DNA of 64,000 nucleotides from a virus, in IMG/VR virus record IMGVR_UViG_3300017957_001843, positions 11,244-75,243 of that record; one strand, written 5' to 3'. A program made the translations under genes and the position numbers. The notes below the pieces were generated by a model, which saw only the letters and a list, made by a program, of their open reading frames with translations, was not told where the DNA came from and did not search any database. Below, piece by piece: positions 1 through 9,521 of this stretch (the first letter of the stretch is position 1; every line of letters starts with the position of its first letter).

Positions 1-350
1 CTTAGTTCTCTTGCATCGTTTGTACATATTGGATAATGAAATCCAGTATAAATTAAGTGTTCTATATTATTTCGTTTGATATACTTTTTTAGTACTGTTG
101 GACTAAGTGTTGACAAATCAAAATCTATATCTAACAAAGGATGCGGGTCATTTGGAGAAACATAATTTATTTCTATAATTTTAGCACCTTGTTTTTTAAG
201 ATCGTGTAATCGCTGATTTAGATAAGACACAAACGCATCATTTGTATATTTTTCTTCGTCATACCTATAAGAATTTTTAGGTAATCCTACATCTATTACT
301 ACAATACCAATATTTTTATAGTTGGTTATATTTTCCTTTAAATACTGCAT
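1..350 (-). CDS. Partial ORF running off the window; isochorismatase-like (cysteine hydrolase) fold protein
   Basis: Not in the ORF track. Translated by hand from ATG at 350: MQYLKENITNYKNIGIVVIDVG...LKKYIKRNNIEHLIYTGFHYPICTND. 'VVID' and 'IEHLIYTGFHYPIC' resemble the isochorismatase motifs. TATAAATA lies 9 nt upstream. Confidence 0.55.
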   Translation of the reverse strand, partial: MQYLKENITNYKNIGIVVIDVGLPKNSYRYDEEKYTNDAFVSYLNQRLHDLKKQGAKIIEINYVSPNDPHPLLDIDFDLSTLSPTVLKKYIKRNNIEHLIYTGFHYPICTNDAREL

Positions 351-367
351 AGCATAAGGTATTTATA
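339..367. promoter_or_regulatory. Pair of face-to-face late-type promoters
   Basis: TAAATAC on + at 339-345 (upstream of ORF 368, with AAGGT RBS at 356-360). Exact T4 late consensus TATAAATA on - at 367-360 (upstream of ORF 350). Confidence 0.55.
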
Positions 368-1201
368 ATGTATGTATATATTGATTTCGGAGATATGGTT
401 ATACCTGTTAATTTGTGTGACACTCCTTATAAAAAACATCTAATAGATAATTTAAATAGCATTGAAGATTGGAGGGCAAAAAGTTTATCTCGTCCTACAG
501 TAAAGGAATATAATGACAAAGTAGTAAACGACAACTGGTCCATTTTACACGAGTATTATTATAAACTTTGCCAAATACTACAAACACCGCCAAAGTATAA
601 TTTGCCTAACAAATTTGATAATACAAATTATTATCTTAATATACTACATAGATACTTTACAACTGCACGTACACATAAAACGTGGGACAATAAACATTTC
701 GATATGAATGAAGAAATATACGATTTAATAAATGGCTTGAATGATTCGGTGCATATAATTGAAACGTATACCAGCAATTCGATTATAGAAGCATACAAAA
801 GTAAACCAGTCCGTTGGTTAGAATTAATCGGAACACCTGAAAACAACGATAATTTGTTAAAAGTAGACGACTATCCTGAATATACGTCTCAAAATTATAA
901 TGTTTATGCAATAAAACAAATAACTGGTAAAGACTTTATTACTTCGTTTTTTGATAACGATACAGCAAATGCTTGGGATATACAAAATTTTCATATTACA
1001 TATATAGGATTTTGTATAGATGTATTTGGAGACTTTAAAAGAATATGGAGTGACGAAAGATTTATTAAATGGCTAGAACAATCTAATTACAACGGCAAAG
1101 TAGGTTATTTTCCTGTCGGAAACATAAAGGGCAAACACCTAAGATATTTACAGAAAAATTTCAAAAAAATTAATACAAAAACTTTATCAGTTTATCTTTA
1201 A
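368..1201 (+). CDS. Hypothetical protein (277 aa)
   Basis: Long ORF with RBS-like AAGGT and upstream TAAATA; no recognised motif; converges on and overlaps the next gene by 32 nt. Confidence 0.7.
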   Translation: MYVYIDFGDMVIPVNLCDTPYKKHLIDNLNSIEDWRAKSLSRPTVKEYNDKVVNDNWSILHEYYYKLCQILQTPPKYNLPNKFDNTNYYLNILHRYFTTARTHKTWDNKHFDMNEEIYDLINGLNDSVHIIETYTSNSIIEAYKSKPVRWLELIGTPENNDNLLKVDDYPEYTSQNYNVYAIKQITGKDFITSFFDNDTANAWDIQNFHITYIGFCIDVFGDFKRIWSDERFIKWLEQSNYNGKVGYFPVGNIKGKHLRYLQKNFKKINTKTLSVYL

Positions 1202-2342
1202 TAATATTTTTTGTAGGCTGTTTTAAAAAAAGATCTTGGTTGTGTTTACATTTTTCTAAAATGTGTTTATCTATATCTATGTCTCTTTTTAAATTTTCTA
1301 TAACAATACGCAATTGTTGCTTTGTATCCGTTTGTTCATCATAATTTTCATTAAATAGTTCAGGAAAAGTTTCGTATCCTAAACTTCTCAAATATTCAAG
1401 AGTTCCGCTAGTGCCGTGTAATAAAAATGGATGCCCCATTAATATAGGTTTGTATGTTTTTTCAGTAATAAATTTTATTTTGTTACCAGTGTATGTTTCA
1501 CTTACTAAACTATATTTTGTTTTTAAATACAAATCTTTATCTGAATGTTGATCGTTATTCGGATCGTCGAGAGGTAATAAAAGTTTTTTTGGTACAACTT
1601 TTTTGACTAATTTATACTCAGACTGATCGTAATTATACCAATAATCAAAATCTTCTTTAGATAGTATATTTGATTCGTGCCAAAGGTTACTTACTAAATT
1701 ATTATCTAATAATTTATGTTTATGAATATAATATATAAGAGCTTGTTTGTTTGGCCTCATTCTTTTATTGAAATTTAAAAAATTTTTATTTTTTACTGCT
1801 TTTTGGTGTTCACTAATAATTTGATCATAATTATTTCCGCTTATTTTTAAATGTCTAAACAAATGCATTATTTCAAAAATGTCAATTCCTAAAACATTAA
1901 TCTTACTCCAGTAATCATCATTATATTTTTTATGATTATTAGCAGCATCAAGATCTCCGCAAATATAGTAAACTTTTTCAGGAGGAATATCTTTTTCTAG
2001 TAAAAAATCTTTTAACTTATTCCATCTATATTTCCAAAAATAAAATGGTGTTGCTTCGGTTGCTTGATATAATAACAAAAAGATATCGTTATTATCTTTA
2101 ATCTTAGACCATATTTCTTCAGGTAATCTATATAAATCAGAATATTCTGTTGGAAACATTAAATTAAATTTTATAAAACTTTTTGACGAATACGTTGTAG
2201 TATACTTATAGCTTATATTAACTGATTTTAACAACCATTCGAAACTCCAACAATCACTAGGATTGCTAGGAGTAAATGTTGTTTCCAAATCATTATATTT
2301 AGAAAAATCATAATCATTATCTAGATATAAAAAATTCAACAA
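1170..2342 (-). CDS. Putative glycosyltransferase with GT10 (fucosyltransferase)-like C-terminal motif
   Basis: KYSLVSETY...FITEKTYKPILMGHPFLLHG resembles the GT10 'F.L.FEN...Y.TEK...A...G.VP' signature; last gene of the operon. Confidence 0.5.
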   Translation of the reverse strand: MLNFLYLDNDYDFSKYNDLETTFTPSNPSDCWSFEWLLKSVNISYKYTTTYSSKSFIKFNLMFPTEYSDLYRLPEEIWSKIKDNNDIFLLLYQATEATPFYFWKYRWNKLKDFLLEKDIPPEKVYYICGDLDAANNHKKYNDDYWSKINVLGIDIFEIMHLFRHLKISGNNYDQIISEHQKAVKNKNFLNFNKRMRPNKQALIYYIHKHKLLDNNLVSNLWHESNILSKEDFDYWYNYDQSEYKLVKKVVPKKLLLPLDDPNNDQHSDKDLYLKTKYSLVSETYTGNKIKFITEKTYKPILMGHPFLLHGTSGTLEYLRSLGYETFPELFNENYDEQTDTKQQLRIVIENLKRDIDIDKHILEKCKHNQDLFLKQPTKNIIKDKLIKFLY

Positions 2343-2350
2343 TATCTTAC

Positions 2351-3139
2351 CTACCTTACTATTTCTTTTGTAATTCTGTTTGCAAACTCAGTATGTCTTT
2401 CTTCCGGAGGATGTCCAAAGCCACAATGATCATTTTGTTGCATTTCAATATAACCGTTATATAAAAATTTATCTTTATGTTTTTGTTTTATGTAATAATA
2501 CAAATCTTTTACTATATAATGTATATTATTGTCATCAAAATCATTTTGTGGATCACAAATTGGACGCATAAACTGTACATACACATTATCATTTAAGTTT
2601 AGTATATTTTCAACTGTTTTTAAATAATTTACAATAAAATTATTATACGACCATAAATATTCCAAATTCCATTTTACTACTTCTTTTGGTACTTTACCTA
2701 AATAATTTAAATTTGTTAATGCTGTTGTATAAGTATCATTGCTCGGCCATTTAAGTATACGAGTATATTGTGTAAGGCCTAATAATATTAAATCACCTTT
2801 TCGAAAATCTTTTTGGAAAAATTTAAACATTTCTAAAAAATGTTCGTCTATTCCTGTGCCGCCTTTAGCTAAATTTAAAAAGTCTAAATCTAAATTTTTT
2901 GCTAGTTTAGCTGCCCAAGAAGAATTTAAATTTTTATGCTTCTGATCTTTTATTAGTTCTTGATATGTTATATTGTCGTCATTACGCAAATTATAAAAAC
3001 CACTGAGCCCATTTTTTATTTTTAACTCTTTACATTTTTCGTAATTCAAATTTAAAATTTTATGATCGTTTAATTCATCACCGGCAGTCCAACTACATCC
3101 AAAAGCAACAATACGATTATAATTTTCAAGATTTATCAT
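2351..3139 (-). CDS. SGNH/GDSL-fold hydrolase or acyltransferase-like protein
   Basis: Block I-like AFGCSWTAG, block II-like NLAKGG, C-terminal GHP...H. Start placed at ATG 3139 (MINLENY), which overlaps the upstream gene by 14 nt, rather than the track start at 3178. Confidence 0.65.
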   Translation of the reverse strand: MINLENYNRIVAFGCSWTAGDELNDHKILNLNYEKCKELKIKNGLSGFYNLRNDDNITYQELIKDQKHKNLNSSWAAKLAKNLDLDFLNLAKGGTGIDEHFLEMFKFFQKDFRKGDLILLGLTQYTRILKWPSNDTYTTALTNLNYLGKVPKEVVKWNLEYLWSYNNFIVNYLKTVENILNLNDNVYVQFMRPICDPQNDFDDNNIHYIVKDLYYYIKQKHKDKFLYNGYIEMQQNDHCGFGHPPEERHTEFANRITKEIVR

Positions 3140-4349
3140 TTCTCGAGTATATCCTATCAATTTCGCTATTACTGCCACAAGTCATTGCACAATAAGATAA
3201 CTTTCCTTGAGAATATTTTTCTTTTGTCCAAGTTTCTGTATATACCTTATCTAAATAACCATTTTTAATTATTTCGTTTATATTAGTCTTTTTAAGATCA
3301 AACTTGTCAATACCAAACTTACGTATATGTACACGTAATTGGGTATCTTCATATAAATCAATAGAGCTATCTACTCTTGTACCTACATAACAACAAGGAA
3401 ATACAATACCATTGCAACTTACATATATTTCACTTCTTTGATCTTTCAAGCAACTTTTACAATTTATTTCCATATCTTGGTACTGAAGAAGATATGTATT
3501 CCAGTGTGGTAATTCTTCCTCAACAAAAGTATCAACTCTATGCTCAACTTTAGGATGGTAACCTTTTTTAATATCTTTCAAATAACCTAAATCTTTTTTT
3601 GGTTCAACATCTCGGTTAATTTTTTGAAAATCAGTCCTGTTTAAAAAATCTAAATTTGTTGGAGGGTCAATTATATATTCTAAATTTCCGTCTCTATCAT
3701 AGACACCTTTTGATTTTAATTCCCCATTTTTGAGTGTATCGAATCCTAATGCTCTTTTAATTTCAATATCTCTAAAGCCTAATAGTTTACTATATTCTTT
3801 TGCTTCTTCAATTTGATGTTCATTATAACCGAACACAAGAAATTCCCACCGTGCTCTTGCCCCCGTTGACAAATATGCTTTTACATTTTCCATTAGTTTA
3901 GACCACTTTACATTTCGTCTATATAAATGATTAGTATCTTCTAGTCCATCAATACTAAATGTAACCCGATGATCAGTGTTTTTAGAAACTAGTTTTTCTC
4001 CAAAACTTTTCCAAAAGTTAGCATCTCTCATTCCTCCATTAGTATGATATACTATTGTACAGCGCGGAGCAGTCTCTTGAATATATTCTGTGATTTCTAT
4101 AATATCTTTAGCCATCATTGGATCACCGTGAGTACCACAAAATAGTATTCTAAGCATATTTTTCATAAATTCGGGTGGGAACCAAGTTTTAAATTGATCA
4201 ATTGAAATCGATTCTAATTTCAAATCTGGTCTTGTCCTAGCAGTAGAATCTACAAACCTAGGACACATAGGACAAGCAGCATTACAATAGTTGCTAAGTT
4301 CTATATGCATATGTGTTACTGTAGATTTACTCCACTCAAAATTTTTCAT
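3126..4349 (-). CDS. Radical SAM protein with C-terminal SPASM/twitch-like domain
   Basis: CNAACPMC motif, GTHGDP, TNGG, FSIDG; C-terminal CKSC...FPCCY...CAMTC. Confidence 0.9.
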   Translation of the reverse strand: MKNFEWSKSTVTHMHIELSNYCNAACPMCPRFVDSTARTRPDLKLESISIDQFKTWFPPEFMKNMLRILFCGTHGDPMMAKDIIEITEYIQETAPRCTIVYHTNGGMRDANFWKSFGEKLVSKNTDHRVTFSIDGLEDTNHLYRRNVKWSKLMENVKAYLSTGARARWEFLVFGYNEHQIEEAKEYSKLLGFRDIEIKRALGFDTLKNGELKSKGVYDRDGNLEYIIDPPTNLDFLNRTDFQKINRDVEPKKDLGYLKDIKKGYHPKVEHRVDTFVEEELPHWNTYLLQYQDMEINCKSCLKDQRSEIYVSCNGIVFPCCYVGTRVDSSIDLYEDTQLRVHIRKFGIDKFDLKKTNINEIIKNGYLDKVYTETWTKEKYSQGKLSYCAMTCGSNSEIDRIYSRNDKS

Positions 4350-5524
4350 ATTTTGTATCCATTCTTTTTCATAAGGGTATAAAACTCTGGAAAGGTTTTA
4401 CTAAATGACTGTCCTCTATATTCGTCTTGCATTTTTGTTACTTCTAAAAATCTATCCCAATGTTCTTCTTTATATGGTTCAGAATTCATAAAATTTATAA
4501 TACTGTTTACCCAATACTTTTCATTGATAGTTTCAAGTTTAGTTTGGACTGCCTTTTTAATTTCAGGCGGTAAATTTTTAATACAATAATGATGCGGTCC
4601 AAAAACTAAATTTAAATATATATTTCTAGTATGTGGTAAAAATTCATTGTACATTTCATCTATATAATAAACGTTTAATGTGCTAATCGTATTACAAATA
4701 CTTACATTAAATTTTGGCATCTCTTTAGAAATACTAATTAATTTCAGTAAGTTAGATTTTACTGTATCCCAATCTGCAGGATATCTAACATAATTTAGCT
4801 TATCTTTTACTCCGTCAATACTAAAATCAATATCTATACCTTTAAAATGTTTTAAGATATTATATTTTTCATCGTCCCAAATAGTTCCATTTGTATTGTA
4901 GTGTAATGTAATGTTTTTTGCTATGTCTTTTTCTATTGCATACTCCAACATTTCCCATTGTTTTTTAACAAGGAAAGGTTCACCACCATAAAAATCAATA
5001 TGAAGAACGTGTTCTAAATTATTTTCAAATTCTTTCCAAAACTTACTATCATCATCAAATGCGTGATTAAATCTTTTTAACCATTCTTTATATTCTGGTT
5101 GACTACCTTTAAAGAATTTTAAATCGAACCATTCTTTGTTCCAGAAACTACTATTAAAAGGTCCACAAGTACGACACTTAATATTGCAAGTAGTACCCAT
5201 ATTAATATCTAATAACTGAAAAGTACCATCTATTTTATTTGCAGTATGACGTTCATTGTCTCTAAGTCTTTTACTTTTTTTGCCTGCTTCTTCTTCTGAC
5301 CAACAGTGTTTGCAAGCAGGATGTTTTTTACCTTTATTAAAGGCTTTTATAATTTTTTTTCTAGTTTTTGAATTAGCAATTTCAGTAAAAGTATTATCTT
5401 TTACATTAAGCGGATTGTCATTATCGTCAAAATAATTTTCAGACATCATACAACAGGCTTTACACGACCCATCTGTGTTAATTCTTAAACCTTTTTTTAA
5501 ATTTACGCACTCTAACTGATTCAT
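4346..5524 (-). CDS. Radical SAM protein with N-terminal twitch/SPASM-like domain
   Basis: N-terminal C...GSCKACC...CKHCW; CNIKCRTC; GGEP, TNG, SIDG. Confidence 0.9.
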   Translation of the reverse strand: MNQLECVNLKKGLRINTDGSCKACCMMSENYFDDNDNPLNVKDNTFTEIANSKTRKKIIKAFNKGKKHPACKHCWSEEEAGKKSKRLRDNERHTANKIDGTFQLLDINMGTTCNIKCRTCGPFNSSFWNKEWFDLKFFKGSQPEYKEWLKRFNHAFDDDSKFWKEFENNLEHVLHIDFYGGEPFLVKKQWEMLEYAIEKDIAKNITLHYNTNGTIWDDEKYNILKHFKGIDIDFSIDGVKDKLNYVRYPADWDTVKSNLLKLISISKEMPKFNVSICNTISTLNVYYIDEMYNEFLPHTRNIYLNLVFGPHHYCIKNLPPEIKKAVQTKLETINEKYWVNSIINFMNSEPYKEEHWDRFLEVTKMQDEYRGQSFSKTFPEFYTLMKKNGYKI

Positions 5525-6705
5525 AAGTATTTTCTTATCTCCGGAAATATGTCAGTTAAAGACTCGTTTCTACGATCATCTAACCATTTTGTTCTTTCAA
5601 CAAATTTGTTCCATAAATCCGGAGAACCCTTTTCTTTTAAATTATTTAATAAAGCTTCAAATTTTTCTGGATATTTTTCATACCATTTACTATTTAAAAT
5701 TTTCTTAATTGCTTGTTTTTTTAATTTTTGTGGCAAAACTTTAGGCTGCAAATATTCCGGATATACTAATAATTGAGGGTAAACATTTGATGTCATTACC
5801 CAAGGTTCGATGTCAATTTCATCAAAAAATTCTGTAATATAAAATGCATTATAAATCATCCAAGTAGAGTTTACAACAACTTCTTTATTACTGCCAAAAT
5901 GTTCTACTATTTTATTTAAATTATTTTTTACTTTAACATCGTTGTAACCAGATCTGATGTATTCTCCCAAAGACCCTAAACCATCTAGACTAACGCTATA
6001 TGTTACTCTAGAAAAGTTTTTCCACATATCAATTATATTATATTTTCCATATTTTATAATGCTGCCATTACTTTGGTAATATAATTCAGGATGTAAATCA
6101 TTTTTTATACACCAATCTAAAAATTCATAGTGTTCTTTTTGCACTAGCGGTTCTCCGCCAGCAAAATACACATACTTTATGTTTTTTAAATATTCATAAT
6201 TATCATCGCAATATTTTACAATATCTGGAATACTAGTTAATGTATCGAGAGGTGGATTAATTGTATCTTCATACCATTTAGTACTTGCTCCAGCACCACA
6301 CATTCTACATTTATAATTGCACACGTTACTAAATCTAACATCAAAATACAATATATCTACATCATAATATCCGTCAGATTGTGTATTGCTAATTATTTTT
6401 TGTTCTAGTTCAGCAGTAAGATACTTTGTATTGCTATGCTTCCTTGCACTATGATTTCCATATTTTTCTAAAATATAGCATTTTTCGCAATTTTTTATTT
6501 TTTTATCTGCAAGCATATCTTTTCTAATACGCTTAAAATCTTTATTGTTTAATGCTTCATTTATACTTGTATCTTTTGCATTAACAAAATTATCTTCTTT
6601 AGAAAACTTTTTAGCCATACAGCAAGGTATAACAGTTCCTTCTGTTTCTACGTGTAAATGCATCCAAGGTAATACACAAAAATATGGTTTATCTTTTAAA
6701 CTCAT
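5521..6705 (-). CDS. Radical SAM protein with N-terminal twitch/SPASM-like domain
   Basis: FCVLPW...GTVIPCC...CEKCY; CNYKCRMC; GGEP, SNG, SLDG. Confidence 0.9.
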   Translation of the reverse strand: MSLKDKPYFCVLPWMHLHVETEGTVIPCCMAKKFSKEDNFVNAKDTSINEALNNKDFKRIRKDMLADKKIKNCEKCYILEKYGNHSARKHSNTKYLTAELEQKIISNTQSDGYYDVDILYFDVRFSNVCNYKCRMCGAGASTKWYEDTINPPLDTLTSIPDIVKYCDDNYEYLKNIKYVYFAGGEPLVQKEHYEFLDWCIKNDLHPELYYQSNGSIIKYGKYNIIDMWKNFSRVTYSVSLDGLGSLGEYIRSGYNDVKVKNNLNKIVEHFGSNKEVVVNSTWMIYNAFYITEFFDEIDIEPWVMTSNVYPQLLVYPEYLQPKVLPQKLKKQAIKKILNSKWYEKYPEKFEALLNNLKEKGSPDLWNKFVERTKWLDDRRNESLTDIFPEIRKYL

Positions 6706-8098
6706 TGTATACCTCTTTGCAAGTCTCTAAAAAATTCTTATATAAAGGAAACGTATTTGTAAAGTTTAAATTACTGCGTTTATCATAATCTGTAAAAAAT
6801 ACATAAAAATCTCGTCTGCCTCGACTAATTAAATCTGAAGTAATCTTTTGAGATCCGTCATAAAAATAATCTCTTACTCTTTTAAATTTTTCGTATTCGT
6901 GCTGGCTAAATTTAAAGGTATCGCCACCATCACTTCTTAAATTTTTATTGATAAACTGTAAATCATCGTCTAAATATTTTCCAAATTCATTAGGTAAGAT
7001 ATTAATCATCCAATGTGGCGGCTCTTTAAGGTAAGGAGTATCAAAACCAAGCATTTGTCTATGATCGTTTTCTGTATTGTATTTTTGTCTTAGCTCTAGT
7101 ATTTTTTCTAATAAAGGTCTAAAATATGCAACAGCAAGAACATTATATGTAATCATAATACTTACAGGAGAATTTGTAGTTGTAATAAAGGTATCTAAAT
7201 TTTTCTCCCAAAGTTTGCAATCAAGACCTCGACGCATATATTCTGCTTGTTCGCCCCAACTATCTATACTTGTATATAATCTAAATGATTTAATTTTATT
7301 TTCATCGAGGAGTTTTTTTACACGTTCGCTTAATCTTTTAACTTTGTTATGAGTTACTCCTAAATTACTATTCATATTAATTTCTAATTCAGGTGCAGGT
7401 TCTCTATCTAACAAGTCTAACATTTTAAAAATATTAGAACTCATTAAAGGTTCTCCGCCTGTTAGTCTCAAAACTCTAAGATCATTTTTTAAATCAGGCC
7501 ACCAATCCCAAAATGCAGTAACATATGGATTTTCTTCCTCATTTTGATAAAAATGTCCTTCTTTATCTAAAAATTCTATACCATACTGGTTATATGTTAA
7601 ATCATAGTTACCGTGTTTTTTTATTTCGTCTACCCATAAACTACTAGCCTGAGGGCAACAATAACCGCATTTAAAATTACAACCGTTACCAAAACTTAAT
7701 TCTAAAAATCTAGGATTAATATTTTTATCCCACGGCATTGTTTTTATTAAATCAATATCGTCCTTAACCCAAGAACTGGCACTATGAAACATTCTATCAC
7801 TAAAATGTTCTCCTGGTAAATCTTCAATATTCCAACAGTAATAACATTCTTCAGGCCGGCCGCCTTCTAACATTGTCTTACGCTGCATTTTCTTATAGTT
7901 TGTATTGTGCAATGCACTAGGATCATTTAAAACTTCTTCAAGGGGAATATGATGAGGGCGCGGATGATAACAACTATGATTATCACCTGTTTGCAAGTAT
8001 AATGTTTCGTTTAACCATTTCATTGCACAGAAGCCAGGGCCTACTTCATTTAGCTTGTCCCTTGTGCGCTTTACGTGATCCATATATCCGTCACTCAT
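6689..8098 (-). CDS. Radical SAM protein, N-terminal twitch-like domain (CYH variant)
   Basis: FCAMKW...HSCYHP...ECYYCW; CNFKCGYC; GGEP; SIDSWGEQAEY. Confidence 0.9.
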   Translation of the reverse strand: MSDGYMDHVKRTRDKLNEVGPGFCAMKWLNETLYLQTGDNHSCYHPRPHHIPLEEVLNDPSALHNTNYKKMQRKTMLEGGRPEECYYCWNIEDLPGEHFSDRMFHSASSWVKDDIDLIKTMPWDKNINPRFLELSFGNGCNFKCGYCCPQASSLWVDEIKKHGNYDLTYNQYGIEFLDKEGHFYQNEEENPYVTAFWDWWPDLKNDLRVLRLTGGEPLMSSNIFKMLDLLDREPAPELEINMNSNLGVTHNKVKRLSERVKKLLDENKIKSFRLYTSIDSWGEQAEYMRRGLDCKLWEKNLDTFITTTNSPVSIMITYNVLAVAYFRPLLEKILELRQKYNTENDHRQMLGFDTPYLKEPPHWMINILPNEFGKYLDDDLQFINKNLRSDGGDTFKFSQHEYEKFKRVRDYFYDGSQKITSDLISRGRRDFYVFFTDYDKRSNLNFTNTFPLYKNFLETCKEVYNEFKR

Positions 8099-9521
8099 TC
8101 GTTAACTCCTTGCATTCATTTATAAATTTTTCAAATGTAGGGAATACTACTTGTATATTTGTATTCCTTCTCTTGTCGTGTTCTGTAAAATATAGATAAA
8201 AATTCTTTTTAGCGATATCTTCTAACGGTGGCGGCATCTTATCACAAGCCCAGTCATACAAACGTTTTACTCTATCAACTTCGAAATCTTTAAAACCTTT
8301 ATATCTATTTTCTTTAGTTTCTTTATTTGCTTCCATAAACTCTATGCTATTTAATAAAGGCTGTAACATCTCTTTTGATGCTAACTTCATACTCATCCAG
8401 TTTGGATCGTGTAACATAGGAGTATCAAACCATATTAACTGTCTATTAGTATTAAATTCTTGCCTCATTTTTAATATATTTTGAATATATACTTCCCAAT
8501 TAGGCAAACTTAAAATATTAGCAGTAACTATAAATGTTAAACTATGCTTATCACTCTTATTAAGGTAGTCACATACATTTTTATACAATGTATTAAAATT
8601 CATTCCATTTCGAATGTATTCTGCTTGTTCTCCCCAACTATCTAAACTGCAATATAACATAAAGTGCTCAATAGCATCTTTATCAGTAATTTCTTTTAGA
8701 GAAGTTAAAAACTTACTCCATTGTTCGCCTGGCGGGCAGCAATTACTTGTTATACTTAAATGTAATTGTTTGTGTGGGTTATTTTTTACATAATCAAACA
8801 CCTTAAATGTATTTTTATCCATTAAAGGTTCACCGCCTGTCATACGAAATGTTTTTAATTTAGAATATATTTCAGGAAACCATTTCCAAAATGCTTCTAC
8901 ATATGGATTATTCGGACTGTTATCTATTTTCAAACTGTCTACATAAGAAGGATGATTGTGTTCTTTGTCATATAATTTGTATGCGCCATATTTTTTTGTT
9001 TCTTTTAGCCATTCTGTTGATAACGAAGGGCTACAATATGCACATTTTAAATTACAAGCCTGATTAAAGTTTACTTCAACATATCTTGGTACAGGATTGC
9101 CTGTGGCTCCTTCCTTTAATGCTTCTTCAAATATTCCTTCTTCAATTACATCTAAACTTCTATAAGCTCTATCACTAATATTACCTTGATCTTCTAATGC
9201 CCAACAGAATTCACATTCTTTAGGACGTTCTCCGTTTAGCATCTTTGCACGTTGTTCTTTTTTATGCTTTGTATTATGTAAAGCACTTGGATCTTGTTGC
9301 AATTCAGTTAAAGGTATATGGTGACTTAACGGATGATAACAACTATGTGTGCGGCCAGTAGGAATATGTATGCTTACATTAAACCATTTAGCAAGACAAA
9401 AGCTAGGACTTATATTATTAAGTTTATCTTCTAATAGTTTAATATCTTCAAAATATACACTTTTGTATGCAGTACTAGTTGAATCTGTTTTTACCTTATC
9501 ACCTTTTTGGTTATCGCTCAT
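8091..9521 (-). CDS. Radical SAM protein, N-terminal twitch-like domain (CYH variant); paralogue of 6689..8098
   Basis: FCLAKW...HSCYHP...ECEFCW; CNLKCAYC; GGEP; SLDSWGEQAEY; shares DPSALHNT and NPYV.AFW.W.P with its neighbour. Confidence 0.9.
   Translation of the reverse strand: MSDNQKGDKVKTDSTSTAYKSVYFEDIKLLEDKLNNISPSFCLAKWFNVSIHIPTGRTHSCYHPLSHHIPLTELQQDPSALHNTKHKKEQRAKMLNGERPKECEFCWALEDQGNISDRAYRSLDVIEEGIFEEALKEGATGNPVPRYVEVNFNQACNLKCAYCSPSLSTEWLKETKKYGAYKLYDKEHNHPSYVDSLKIDNSPNNPYVEAFWKWFPEIYSKLKTFRMTGGEPLMDKNTFKVFDYVKNNPHKQLHLSITSNCCPPGEQWSKFLTSLKEITDKDAIEHFMLYCSLDSWGEQAEYIRNGMNFNTLYKNVCDYLNKSDKHSLTFIVTANILSLPNWEVYIQNILKMRQEFNTNRQLIWFDTPMLHDPNWMSMKLASKEMLQPLLNSIEFMEANKETKENRYKGFKDFEVDRVKRLYDWACDKMPPPLEDIAKKNFYLYFTEHDKRRNTNIQVVFPTFEKFINECKELTNE

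Noticed and set aside
3140-3178. Track N-terminal extension of the SGNH-like ORF
   Set aside because: It lies deep inside the upstream radical SAM gene; the ATG at 3139 gives a short overlap like the rest of the operon.
3126-9521. 7-deazaguanine DNA modification or anaerobic RNR activase role for the radical SAM genes
   Set aside because: No queC, queD, folE, dpdA or nrdD in the window, and the proteins are longer than QueE/NrdG with auxiliary Cys domains. Not excluded for genes outside the window.
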